Of a DNA stretch of 64,000 bases, positions 52,971 through 64,000 are shown piece by piece. Made by a program: the position numbers and the translations under genes. Every line of letters starts with the position of its first letter. Within the stretch, counting starts at the first letter, position 1. The notes under the pieces were generated by a model, which was given only the letters and a program-made list of their open reading frames with translations, was not told the DNA's origin and ran no database searches. Location: assembly GCA_964016885.1 (NCBI GenBank), contig OZ024741.1, forward strand, positions 206,088,001 to 206,152,000. The letters are read 5' to 3'. The DNA comes from Eledone cirrhosa (taxonomy: Eukaryota).

Positions 52971-55052
52971 GTGGAACACTGGAAGGTAATATCCGTAGTG
53001 GTAGAGCACTCAGTCCATGGGACGAGTTAGGTAGAATTGGTTACACAACAGTTAGTTCACCATACCGAGAACAATTGTTTCACCTTAGCGGATCCTCAGC
53101 TCGTAATGGGCATGGTTATAGGAACAGGAAGGACAACCGTACGAACGCGCATGCGTAGAAACCCGGTCACTTCACACAGGCAATACTAGAATGCGGGCGA
53201 CAGGTGTAAGGGAGATAACTGCGAAAGTCCGAAAAGTTTTTAGTTGAAAATAAAATTACAAGGAATCAGTCGGGAGCCTTCTAGTTATGCAATAGGTGTT
53301 TGACGACGTGTGGACAACGTGTGAAAAATTCATTTCTCGTGTTGAGACAATCACTATTGCGTAATCTCTTGAGAATAGTTATTCGTTCGTCAATACATAA
53401 GCCACACGTCGGATTTCCCCTTGCGTATGGCTTGAACTTAGTGATGGCTTTCCATTGAATGGAGTAGTCTATACTTGTGTCCTTGAGGGACCATACGTGG
53501 CTCGCGAGTTTCGTGGATGAACGTCTGTCCGGGTACCTGAAGGTAGACTGGTGGTTCAGGAAACGTTCCTTAAATCGGCCCTCCGCCATGCCCACATAGG
53601 ATTTGACCTCCTGTGGTTCGTTTGGTCGGTTGGAAGTGACCACAGCTTCATAAATTACAGTTGGTGTGTTGCATTGCTGTTGAAGGGGGCAAGCTTCGGG
53701 CTTACGGCAAGAGCACCCTGGTGGGGTGTTGCTCCTAGGGTTGCTGGTGATGTGGGCCTTCATGTTATTAGCGCAGGAGTATCCTAGTTTAACTTTGTGT
53801 CGGTTAAAGATGGAGCGGTATTTATGACCTATGGGAAAGTGTCTATCTAAGAGGGCTAGAAATGTTTTTCCTACATTGGTTTTAACGTTGAGTGAGAAGG
53901 GAGGAGAGAACCAGATAGTTTGTCTATTGTTGCGCTTACTTTTCTTAATGGTGTCGTTGCTAGTGGGAGAGTAAGTGATAGGTTTTGAGAAGCCGCTGTT
54001 AGCCAACGCCGTGTTATAGTAGGGTGCCACCCTGTCAAAGATAGCCTTATTAGAGGAGAGGTTTGAGATTCTAGTACTGATATTCTTAATGAAGTTTCTA
54101 AAAACAGTGGGAGGGTGGCATAAGTCCTTGTGAATGTAATTGAGTTTCTCGTTTAGCTTATGGAAGGGTCTGTGTGTGTGTGTGTGCGAAGGTCTAAATT
54201 AATGTCTAAGAAATCTAAACTAGAGAGGTTGGTGGCTACTGTTATCCTAAGTCCTAACTCATTGAAGCTAAGTCTTTTTTAAACAGTCGAGGTCGTGACC
54301 ACTTTTATGACTCGATAAAGTCAGTCCATCGTCACGGTATATTCCCGTGTGGAACTCCGGGAATCTAACACGTAATATCTTTAAGATAAATAGGCCAACC
54401 AAGTCACATACGTCAGCACTGTCAAACGATCCCATGGAGACGTCGAATAGGTCTGAAGTTGTAGACTTCTTTGCCCAGGCTACTCCGTCGTTGAAGAGGA
54501 GGGTTTTCCGGCAGTGAGCGATGATTTCCTGAACCACCAGTCTACCTTCAGGTACCCGGACAGACGCTCATCCACGAAACTCGCGAGCCACGTATGGTCC
54601 CTCAAGGACTCAAATATAGACTACTCTATTCAATGGAAAGCCATCACCAAGTCCAAGCCATACGCAAGGGGAAATCCGACGTGTGGCTTATGTATTGACG
54701 AACGAATAACTATTCTCAAGAGATTACGCAATAATGATTGCCTAAACACGAGAAATGAATTTTTCAGACGTTGTCCACACGTCGCCAAACACCTATTGCA
54801 TAACTACAAGGCCCCGGACTGATTCCTTGTAATTTTATTATCAACTAAAAACTTTTCGGACTTTCGCAGTTATCTCCCTTACACCTTTCGTACGCATTCT
54901 AGTATTGCCTGTGTGAAGTGACGGGGTTTCTGCGCATGTGCGTTCTCACGGTTGTCCTTCCTGTTCCTATAACCATGCCCCTTACGAGCTGAGGATCCGC
55001 TAAGGTGAGACAATTGTTCTCGGTATGGTGAACTAACTGTTGTGTAACCACT
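52967..55052 (-). mobile_element. 5'-truncated Nematis-type PLE with ~525-bp inverted copy of its 3' end
   Basis: Minus-strand FDVSMGSFDS, GIYRDDGL, IWFSPPFS, CSC..CPL..C, SYVGMAEGRFKER (53281-54524); 54525-55050 is the reverse complement of 53038-53564; (TA)n on both sides. Confidence 0.93.
53066..53103 (-). ncRNA. Minimal type-I hammerhead ribozyme; inverted copy 54985-55022 (+) has GAAA mutated to GAGA
   Basis: CGAG-CTGAGGA-tCC gctaa GGt-GAAAC-AATT-GTT-CTCG. Confidence 0.78.
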
Positions 55053-55206
55053 ACTATATATATATATGCGTTATGTCCTTGAGCAAGACACTTTATTTCA
55101 CGTTGCTCCTTCTACCTGGAGTTGCGACCGATAGATAGTACTAGCAACTGGAAAGACCAACGGAAACATTGTTTCCTCGGTCCGATTTGACAAAAGTCGA
55201 TCGTTT

Positions 55207-55273
<67 letters not shown>

Positions 55274-55971
55274 TGTATTACCAGTGGTTTTGTACACATA
55301 AACACGTTTAACTTTTCAGATTCATTCAGAAAAATTAACAAAAGGTGGTGATGTGTTTGTCAAAAGAGTAATAAAATGTCTTTATTTGCCGTTCCAGGTC
55401 ACGTGGTAGTGCTGAGTAATCAGCGACATCAGAGAGTAGATAGATGTTTTGCCTATCCGACGTCACCCGTGGAATTTACGTGCGTGTTAGTTTTTATCCG
55501 TGTATGAACAGCTGCAGATATTGCTAAATGCTAGCTAGAGACCTGGGGTTAGCTGTTCGAGATGGAGTGGAGACAGCAACTTTAGTACACCCTGGAAAAT
55601 CATGCCAATACCACTGAGGAAATCCAATCTCGTATGCCTTATCGAGAAGACAAAATGCTGGATATGGAGCCTTTGGTGGAAAGCAGCTTTCTCCGATAAC
55701 CTAAATACGGCTTTAACGTGTAAATATTTAAGATTAAGATTGTTTGCAGGATATCAGGAAGGCCAACATAAGTTATGGTGTAATCGCAGAAACGCCACGT
55801 TGACGAATTGCAGGTCACTGGCACCTAATATCCCTCATAGATAGCTTTAGTCATAACTGGCTCACGAACCTGCGAACATGTGAAGAGTGTAAAACACTTG
55901 CGTTAGTTAGAGCCAACATATACACGTATAACAAATGGATGCCTACATGTTCATAAGGCTCGGACCCTACT

Positions 55972-56039
<68 letters not shown>

Positions 56040-56089
56040 ACACACACACACATACACAGAGAGAGAGAGACACACACACATTTTTTGTA

Positions 56090-56123
56090 CTCCTGAAGAA
56101 AGGCTAAAGCCCGACACGTCGAA
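56090..56123 (+). ncRNA. Degenerate hammerhead-like motif (related to 12876)
   Basis: CTGAAGA-aaGGC taaa GCCc-GACAC-GTC. Confidence 0.4.
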
Positions 56124-57332
56124 CTTTCATTCCCCTTTTCCATATAAAGCGTGCAACTAATAAGATTTTTGTATCTCTGTTTTGTCGTTTCCTTGAACTA
56201 TATTTATACACCTACACACATACTTCAGGCTATTTCCATACGTAATCCGTATGAACTTGATTTAATGTTTGTATGTAAGTATGCGCGCGCGTGTGTTTGT
56301 AAATATATGCTTAGTCTATTTTCGCCTATCTTTAAACATAGCGCTATCTCGACCAGGTTTAATATTTGTTTCTTCAGAGAGTGTATTATTAGATATGGAA
56401 ACAAGTTCTGAATAGATTTTATCATGATAACTTTCAAAATCGAATTATTATAATAGAAATTTATTATCGTTTGTGGGTGTGCGATTCTTACTTAACACGC
56501 CCAGATCTTAAATATGCCCCTGTTAAGACGTTTATGAAGGAATATATTTATTTCATAGTTCACAGATGATGTTATCTATTTGATGGTAAAGTTAAAAGTT
56601 GGAGTTCGGATCTGGTTATTATAGAAGGAAATGATTAATTATAGCACTAAGCGTATTAATTGATATCGTATCTACATATCTATGCATACATCCGTAAACG
56701 TCTATTCTTCTATTCTTTTATTACACTATTCTTTTATGTTTCATTGGTGTCATCATTAAACTGCAGCCATGCTGGGACAACACCTTCATGGGTTATAGTA
56801 GATTATATCACTCCTGTCGGTACTTATTCTTTTGACAATGGAAGGACAAATGGTAAAATCGGCTTAGATTTAAACTGACATACGTGGGACCGATCCATAT
56901 TCAATAATGTATTTTTGAACATTCTCCAGTGTAGTATACACGTGCAAAGTCAGCATGATAATGTTGAGAGTGGGTTGCATCAAACAAACGAAAAGAGCTT
57001 CGTCATATTGGACAAAACCAAAAACTTGCATCAAATATATTCATCTTCCTATCACTGTCTCCTTGTTCTTCTTTGTTTCTGTACCTACGAAAGATCCCAG
57101 TATGCCATACTAAATAAAATTGACATTGTGACCAGGAGAGATAGACTCAAGCGCAGTAGCCTTTAACTTAAATACCATAAGCTGAACAAAACAAAACAAT
57201 ATTTATGTTAGATTCATCATCCATAAAAATAGGTTTAGACATTTTAGGAATAGCAATAATTTTGTTTATACCAAGCATAAAAAACGAGAAAAAAAACAGC
57301 AACAAAATAAAACAAAAACAAAAGAAAAAACA

Positions 57333-57363
<31 letters not shown>

Positions 57364-57974
57364 CAAAACAAAGCGGAAACAAATAAATAAACAAAACAAT
57401 TGCCATTGCCTTCGATATTAAGGATTATTATGCGTCTATCCCACATCCTATACTACAAGCCAGTTTAAATCTCGCCAGAACAATCATTCAAATTAAACAT
57501 TCTGAAAACGAAAAGCTTTACATCACATGAAATCCCTTCTGTTCCACAATAGCCCGTATTAGATCAGGAAAAGTACACGTGGACATTCGACGTGTGTATG
57601 GGTTCAAATGATTTTGTTGAAGTCAGTGACACAGTTGGTCTATGCTTACTAGATAAAGACAGAGCTTAAAAGAAATCTCCTAAGTTCCGGCAGAATTATT
57701 GGCAACCTTTTTGTTTTTCGCATGGCAAATATATACAAGAAAATACCTTTTTTCCCTCACAAGTAGGCATAGAAACAATTTAAAGTTGAAAATATGCTTA
57801 GAATATTAAATTGCTATTAAGAAACACAAACAGAAACTAAGCCTATAACCACGGGATAGGATGAGAAAACGTAGAATAATGTTTCACCTAACTAAAACGA
57901 CTTTTATTTACATGAATATTTTTCATAACAAACAGAAGAAAAAATGAAACAAAATTAAATAATTGAAAAACACC

Positions 57975-58173
57975 GGATGGTGTCCCGTGAGAAGGGTTGT
58001 CTGATGTAGCGGGTATCGCTGACTGTTCTCCGCGGAAATGTTTTTGACATCTTGTTTGTGGAGTGCTGCTCTACATGCGGATGGTGTCCCGTGAGAAGGG
58101 TTGTCTGATGTAGCGGGTATCGCTGACTGTTCTCCGCGGAAATGTTTTTGACATCTTGTTTGTGGAGTGCTGC
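57975..58173. repeat. Near-perfect 104-bp tandem duplication
   Basis: ggatggtgtcccgtgagaagg at 57975 and 58079. Confidence 0.92.
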
Positions 58174-58562
58174 TAATAATTGTTTCTACTTTTGGCACAA
58201 GGCCAGCAATTACCCAGTACATTACTGGTATTTTATTTTATCGACAACGTAAGGATGAAAGGCAAAGTTAACCTCGACGGGATTTGAACTGAGACCGTAA
58301 AGGGACGTAACTATGCTAGAGAGCATGGCGTCCAACCCTCTACCGATACTGCCAATTCACCGCTGCTAATAATTGTTTCTACTTTTTAGCACAAGGTCAG
58401 CAATTACCCATTGCATTACTGGTACTTTATTTTATCGACCCCGTAAGGATGAAAGGCAAAGTTAACCTCGGCGGGATTTGAACTCACAATGGCAAGGGCT
58501 GTAACTCTATGCGTCAAAGCATGGCGTCCGACCCTCTACCGATAGTGCCAATCCACCACCGT
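58172..58562 (-). mobile_element. Two tandem tRNA-derived SINEs (Meta-domain-like)
   Basis: Two ~195-bp units with aaggatgaaaggcaaagttaacctcg..ggatttgaact. Confidence 0.8.
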
Positions 58563-59422
58563 TGCTAATAATACTTCTTAGACATGGGTGTAGAGGCTGC
58601 TCTTACAGCCTTCCCCATGTTTTAAATATCTATTTTCTTCCTATTCATTATGCGAAATATGTGTGTAAAGAATGAAATAGAATTAATATTTTTGACGATA
58701 ACAGTTTTAAAGAATTGTGCCGTTTCCATAAGGAAACTAATCAAAATGATACTTCGACCAACAGCTTATAACATCTTTCTTCCATTATGCAAAACCTTTA
58801 GAAACAAGTTCTCGCTTTAGTTAAACCATATTTCCGAAGAAGATCTATGTAATCCCAGACTTGTATTTCTAGGTATTTAAAAATTTATCTGTCACTTATG
58901 CTTCCCGAGTTGTCAAATTCAACGATGATATAAACTAGAGTTTGTCTATAGCAATTTGTATAAAACGACAAACAAATATCCACTTAAAACATCTGCTACA
59001 AACAAAAACTGGTAGACGAGAATTCCTTCATGGTGGCTCACATCAAGGTTGATAAACTGAACTTTTCCCTACCACCAACAACTTGCTGCAAATCACTCAT
59101 GTACAACAACTTGCTGCAAATCTCCTGTGAAATTTCTGCGTTATACAAAGTTAATATGAGTCATACTTACCTAGTTACGAACAAAACAATTCATAGACCA
59201 AATCTATTAATTCTGTAGCACTAAGCTGCTATAAATATTTATCTAACTGATAAATGTCCATCTTGTTTTATTTAGTTAGAAAGTTCATTGAAAAAGAAAT
59301 ACAATTCCGCGAAGATGATATGGAATATGAATAAATTAAAAGATACAAGATGTAACGTTTAAAAATACAATATCCATTTAAAATACTATACTTATATGTA
59401 TGTGTGTGAATATATATATATA

Positions 59423-60555
59423 CAGGGTGCGTCAGATTTTTAGGACACCTATCTTTCTTGAGCTCTAACCTTTTTATTACTAATTTGTTTTGTTTAGTTT
59501 TTCAGAGAAATAATACTAGACATTAAATTGATTCGGCAAATAAAAAGGTACGCTGTAATCATTGTCTTAAAAGCACAGCATAGTGATACAGCGATAGCTT
59601 CCTTCTTGTAAGTTACTCGATCCGCCGTTGTCAAGACGGATGCCTAGGGCCTTAATACAATCATAATGCCTAATCTTTTTAAAAATGTTGAAAAATGTAT
59701 CGATAAAACTCCAGAAAAGTTAATCAGAGACATCGCAAAGGACCTTAAAGTTTCAGAATGCACCATCAGAAGGGCTGTCCATTAAGACATCCGATACAAG
59801 TCATATGTGTTGCGGAGGGGCCAATTTATGTCGGATGTGGCAAAAGAAAATCCTTTAGTCCACGCAAAGCACATACTGAATGAGACAAAACATCAAGGGG
59901 CTGAAATGATCTGGTTCTTTTCTAATGAGAAAAGGTTGATCACGACAAAAAGTTAAACCGAAGGAACGATAGATGGCTATGCAGAGACTCAACTGAGGTT
60001 CCGACGGTCATGCACACCAAATCTCCAGCGACTGTGATGGTTCTGGGTGTTGTCAGCAACGAGGGAGATGTCATGCCTACTCATTCTTTTCTCAGAATTT
60101 AAGAATCAACAGTGCTGTCTACAACAAGGTATTGGAGACAGTTGTGAAGTACTGGATAGACAGTCTTCCAATATAACTCCACGCCTTCCCGTACGGCCAG
60201 AACGACACAAGCATGGATGCTTGACATTTTCCATGCCCACGTTCTTCCTGACAAATAACTTCCTAGGTCACCAGACCTCAATCCCCGGGACTATTACTAT
60301 TACATATAGTTGAAAGATAGGACAATCATCTCTCACAAAACTATAGAATCTCTCAAGTTCGCCATTAAAACCACAATGTCTAGTATTGATAGAGGTCTTC
60401 TGATTCGGTCATGCCAACGCTTCAGATCCCGCATTGAAGCATCCATTGACGGAGGATTCGTGGCATAGATATCGTAAATGTATTATAAATAATTTTTGTA
60501 CCAATTTATATCTAGATATTACATTTCTTTGGTTTGTTATACGTTATTTTCTAAA
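59423..60555 (+). mobile_element. Decayed Tc1/mariner-superfamily (maT/rosa-like) transposon; right TIR not found
   Basis: TA/CAGGGTG left end; RDIAKDLKVSECTIRR (HTH), WFFSNEK, VMVLGVVSNEG, SPDLNP. Confidence 0.82.
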
Positions 60556-60591
60556 TTCATACAAATATCTTTAAACAACTGACGCCCTCTT

Positions 60592-60594
<3 letters not shown>

Positions 60595-60637
<43 letters not shown>

Positions 60638-60679
60638 CACACACACACACACCCCCCCACACCCCCCCACACGCATACA

Positions 60680-60710
<31 letters not shown>

Positions 60711-60816
60711 GCACACGCGCACATGCATGCACACACACACCCACACACCCACACCCCACACACACACATGCACACACACACACACACACACATGCACACA
60801 CACACACACACACACA

Positions 60817-60899
<83 letters not shown>

Positions 60900-60925
60900 G
60901 TGTGTATATATATATATATACATAT
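60595..60925. repeat. (CA)n-rich compound microsatellite
   Basis: Direct reading. Confidence 0.95.
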
Positions 60926-61249
60926 GTGACATGTGTGCTGCAGTTTGCTTGATGCAATGTAGAATATGGAAAGTAGTTATGTCTTGAAAGCCGCAACGAT
61001 GCAGGTAGGATTGTAAATAACGTAACAATAACAGATGAGGTTGAGTGGAGAAGAGGGAGAAAAGCAGGAATCAAAGATTATGATACGTTGGCAAAATTTA
61101 TTAGTCCGAATATATTCCGAATGGATCCGTAGGAAACCGCGCTGAATATGTGTGTTTATAAACGATTCTACCAAGAACGTAGTAGAAGGAAAATAGTTGT
61201 AAATGTAGCCCCAAAAGTAAAAGAGGGGGAAGCGCTTTGATGTGGGCTG

Positions 61250-62900
61250 TGGGCAATCACCGCGCAACAATAGTAAGAACAACAAACATAACCCTTAAAC
61301 AACTATGGGAAGATATCACAACAGAGGAACTGTCTAATACCATGAAAAAAGTAAGCAACTGACAGGTACCGGGACATAACAAAATCTCAAACTTCTGGTT
61401 GAAATATTTAACCGGTGCGCATGGTATAGTTGCAAAAAGTTTATTGAGATTTTGATAGAACCTCACTAAGGAAAACCACCCTGATTCCCCTAAATAATGA
61501 CACAGCATTTCCAGACCTGTCAACTCTCCGCGTCCGACTGGGAGATCTCTCACCCACTTTGGGTGGGGGTGAGAGATGTCTTCTCTTGTGGAAATGGGTA
61601 TAGCTTTCATTCTGTAAAATCTCCCAATTTTGCCCCATTTCTCCCCGTTTTGGGGTACGTTTTTCATAGTACTTCTCGTTTGGGTTTGTAGAGGTTGGCA
61701 GGTCTGCAATCTCCCCAAATTACAGACTCATAACATGCCTTCCTACAAAACTTTAACTTATACAAACTGACTAAGCATTTGGAAAAAACATGTTTCCAGA
61801 ATAGTAGAAATGACACAGTAAAGGCTCATATAGCTGTATAGACCATTTACTAATCAACAAAGAAAATAGTAGAAAAAAACTTCTTAACACAGTATGGATG
61901 GATTACTAGATGGCTTTGACAGTGTTTCCCATACATAAATACTAAATACACTAACCAACAATAAAAACATTCATTAATCAAGCTATGAGTAAGCGACAAA
62001 TAATTCTTTAGATACAAACGAAAGATGGATTTATAATAACATTGTTTTGTAAGAAGCCAACAATTTCAAAACAAAAGCTGAATTGACAGATAATTATGAG
62101 AAAAATAACACAAAAAACAGCTACAGAAATTACTAAAAAGATAAAATCCAAATTGAAAACAAATCTCCAGATTGCTAAGCTAAGCTAAAACGATGGCAAG
62201 TAAAACCTCTACTTGGTCAATACCCGAACAAACTGAATAAGAAATAAGTGGATAAGCTGGTTAAGAAACTCTGGTCTAAAAGCCAAGACCGAAGGCTCTC
62301 TAATTGCAGCACAAGATCAAAGCATCCCCACCAGAAACCATAAAAAAATATAATGAAGCAGAACACAGTCACTACAGAATATGTGGAGGTGGGGAAGAAA
62401 CAATTAACCACAATGGCTCTGGTTTCCCAGTTTTAGTCAATAAAGAATATATCTACAGACATGATAAAGTTGGGATTTACATGCACTGGAAGTTATACCA
62501 AAACTACGAAATACCAACAGAAAAAGGTAGTACAAGCATACGCCAGAAAAGGTGTTAGAGGATGACATAGCGACTATACAATGGGATATGAAAATACACA
62601 CAGACAGAGATCAAAGCCCGCAAAGAAAACATGTGTTTTAATTTCTGTATCTATCTCCACAGATGACAATGTGTCTATCAAGGACATGGAAAAATTATCC
62701 AAATATTAAGATCGGAGATGGAAATAATCCGAATGTAGATGATGAAAATAGAAACAGTTAGTATAATCATAGGTTCTCTGGGAATGATAATAAATACACA
62801 GACAGATACATAATAAAGACGCCAGGACTTGAAAATATACGCAACATACAGAAAATAACACTAATATACACTGCACACATGACGAAGAATACTTTCAATA
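61250..62900 (+). mobile_element. Heavily decayed RLE-type (R4/Dong-like) non-LTR retrotransposon
   Basis: RICGGGEETINH..YIYRHDKVGIYMHWKL and WDMKIHTDR C-terminal motifs; (AAT/AAC)-rich tract at 63120-63235. Confidence 0.7.
61512..61706. mobile_element. Putative MITE nested in the RLE element
   Basis: TIRs CAGACCTGTCAAC / GTTGGCAGGTCTG; TSD not clean. Confidence 0.55.
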
Positions 62901-64000
62901 CATGGCTATTTAAATGAATTGTTTCAGTTTAGTTAACTTCTATTTCATACTTTATCGCTTCTTGTATTTATTGCATTTATTAGAACTTGTACTCTAACAG
63001 GAGGAGACTATACTTCCTCATCGCGACAATAATACAAAGACGCAAATCTGCATACACCTGAGGAGCACGTAAGTGCACCTGGAAATGAAGTAAAAACTCG
63101 CATGAAATTGTCAAAGAAATTATGATAATAATATTTATAATACTGATAATAATGCTAACAACAGAACGACAACAGCAATAACAGCAACAATAATATTAAA
63201 AAGAAGAGCAACAACAACTACAACAACAACAATATTTATTTTGTGGTGGCAAGAGCTTTGTGTGGGGGAATTAGTAGAGTGAGGTCAGAACGCAGTAGAG
63301 ATATAAATCATTTCATCCTGATTTATACATCTTAACAATGAAATACATTTGAATGACAAAGAATTTGGAAGAGATCCAACAATCGGTGACTGGAATTAAT
63401 ATATATATATACGTATGTGTGAGTGTGTGTGAGTGTGTGTGTGATATTTGGCTGGGGGAGAGGATTCATAACTGGATAAGAGAAATGAAAACTGTTGACT
63501 TTCTTGCCAAGATTATAATTGGAAAACAAATGCAAATTTAATAAGATTGAGGCGTAAAAATAGAGGTAACTTTTGATAATTCCATTTATAATGCTTATAG
63601 AAATATTTGTTTATGTGGTAAATCATTTAAAGAGGAAATGTTTCTGTGTATTTAGAACTATGAGAATATGTATATCAATTTTAATGTGTTTACAATTCCC
63701 TAGTATTACTCTGAATGATGAGATGTAATTTGGAAGGCATATAGATTTGTTTTAGAAAGACGGATCCTTCATCAATTTAGACAATAAGCGAGTAATTCAT
63801 CGATCAACTGATCATCCAGCTCATTAAATTAACACGCAAGGAGCCGATTATCCGTGTTCCCTTAAGATAATCATCCGGCAGAATAAGTATGCTGTAATGT
63901 TATTAGGTTGACACTTTGAATTTAGTAGATAGGTTTCCACTGTTTCCGTCTAATTATCTTCAATCAGGCTTAGGTTGAACATCCCAGGAAGAGGGACCGA

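Overview
AT-rich, microsatellite-dense animal DNA (repeat content suggests an octopus/cephalopod; inference) that is almost entirely intronic or repetitive. The only host-gene signal is one 328-bp minus-strand exon (20738-21065) encoding ICL3-TM6 of a cholecystokinin/sulfakinin-type GPCR. Most ORFs in the track are microsatellite artefacts. The window is dominated by Penelope-like retroelements (PLEs, mostly Nematis-type RT + C-terminal GIY-YIG) and ORF-less derivatives, inserted in (TA)n tracts, often with inverted 5' copies of their pseudo-LTRs. It also holds decayed RTE, CR1-like and RLE LINEs, Helitrons, a Tc1/mariner remnant, MITEs and tRNA-derived SINEs. Manual reading found about 25 type-I hammerhead ribozyme (HHR) motifs, intact or degenerate. 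They include a 312-bp tandem retrozyme-like array with an inversion (14432-16377), two unrelated HHRs with the U3-A8 compensatory core, U4C variants, HHRs with long stem-II insertions, family-specific palindromic stem-III loops and a recurrent HHR-AATAAA arrangement. Two diverged repeat copies (4502-4825, 13019-13341) share a ~320-nt domain with compensatory base-pair changes, a candidate undescribed structured RNA. All folds were worked out by eye and are untested; element boundaries are approximate.
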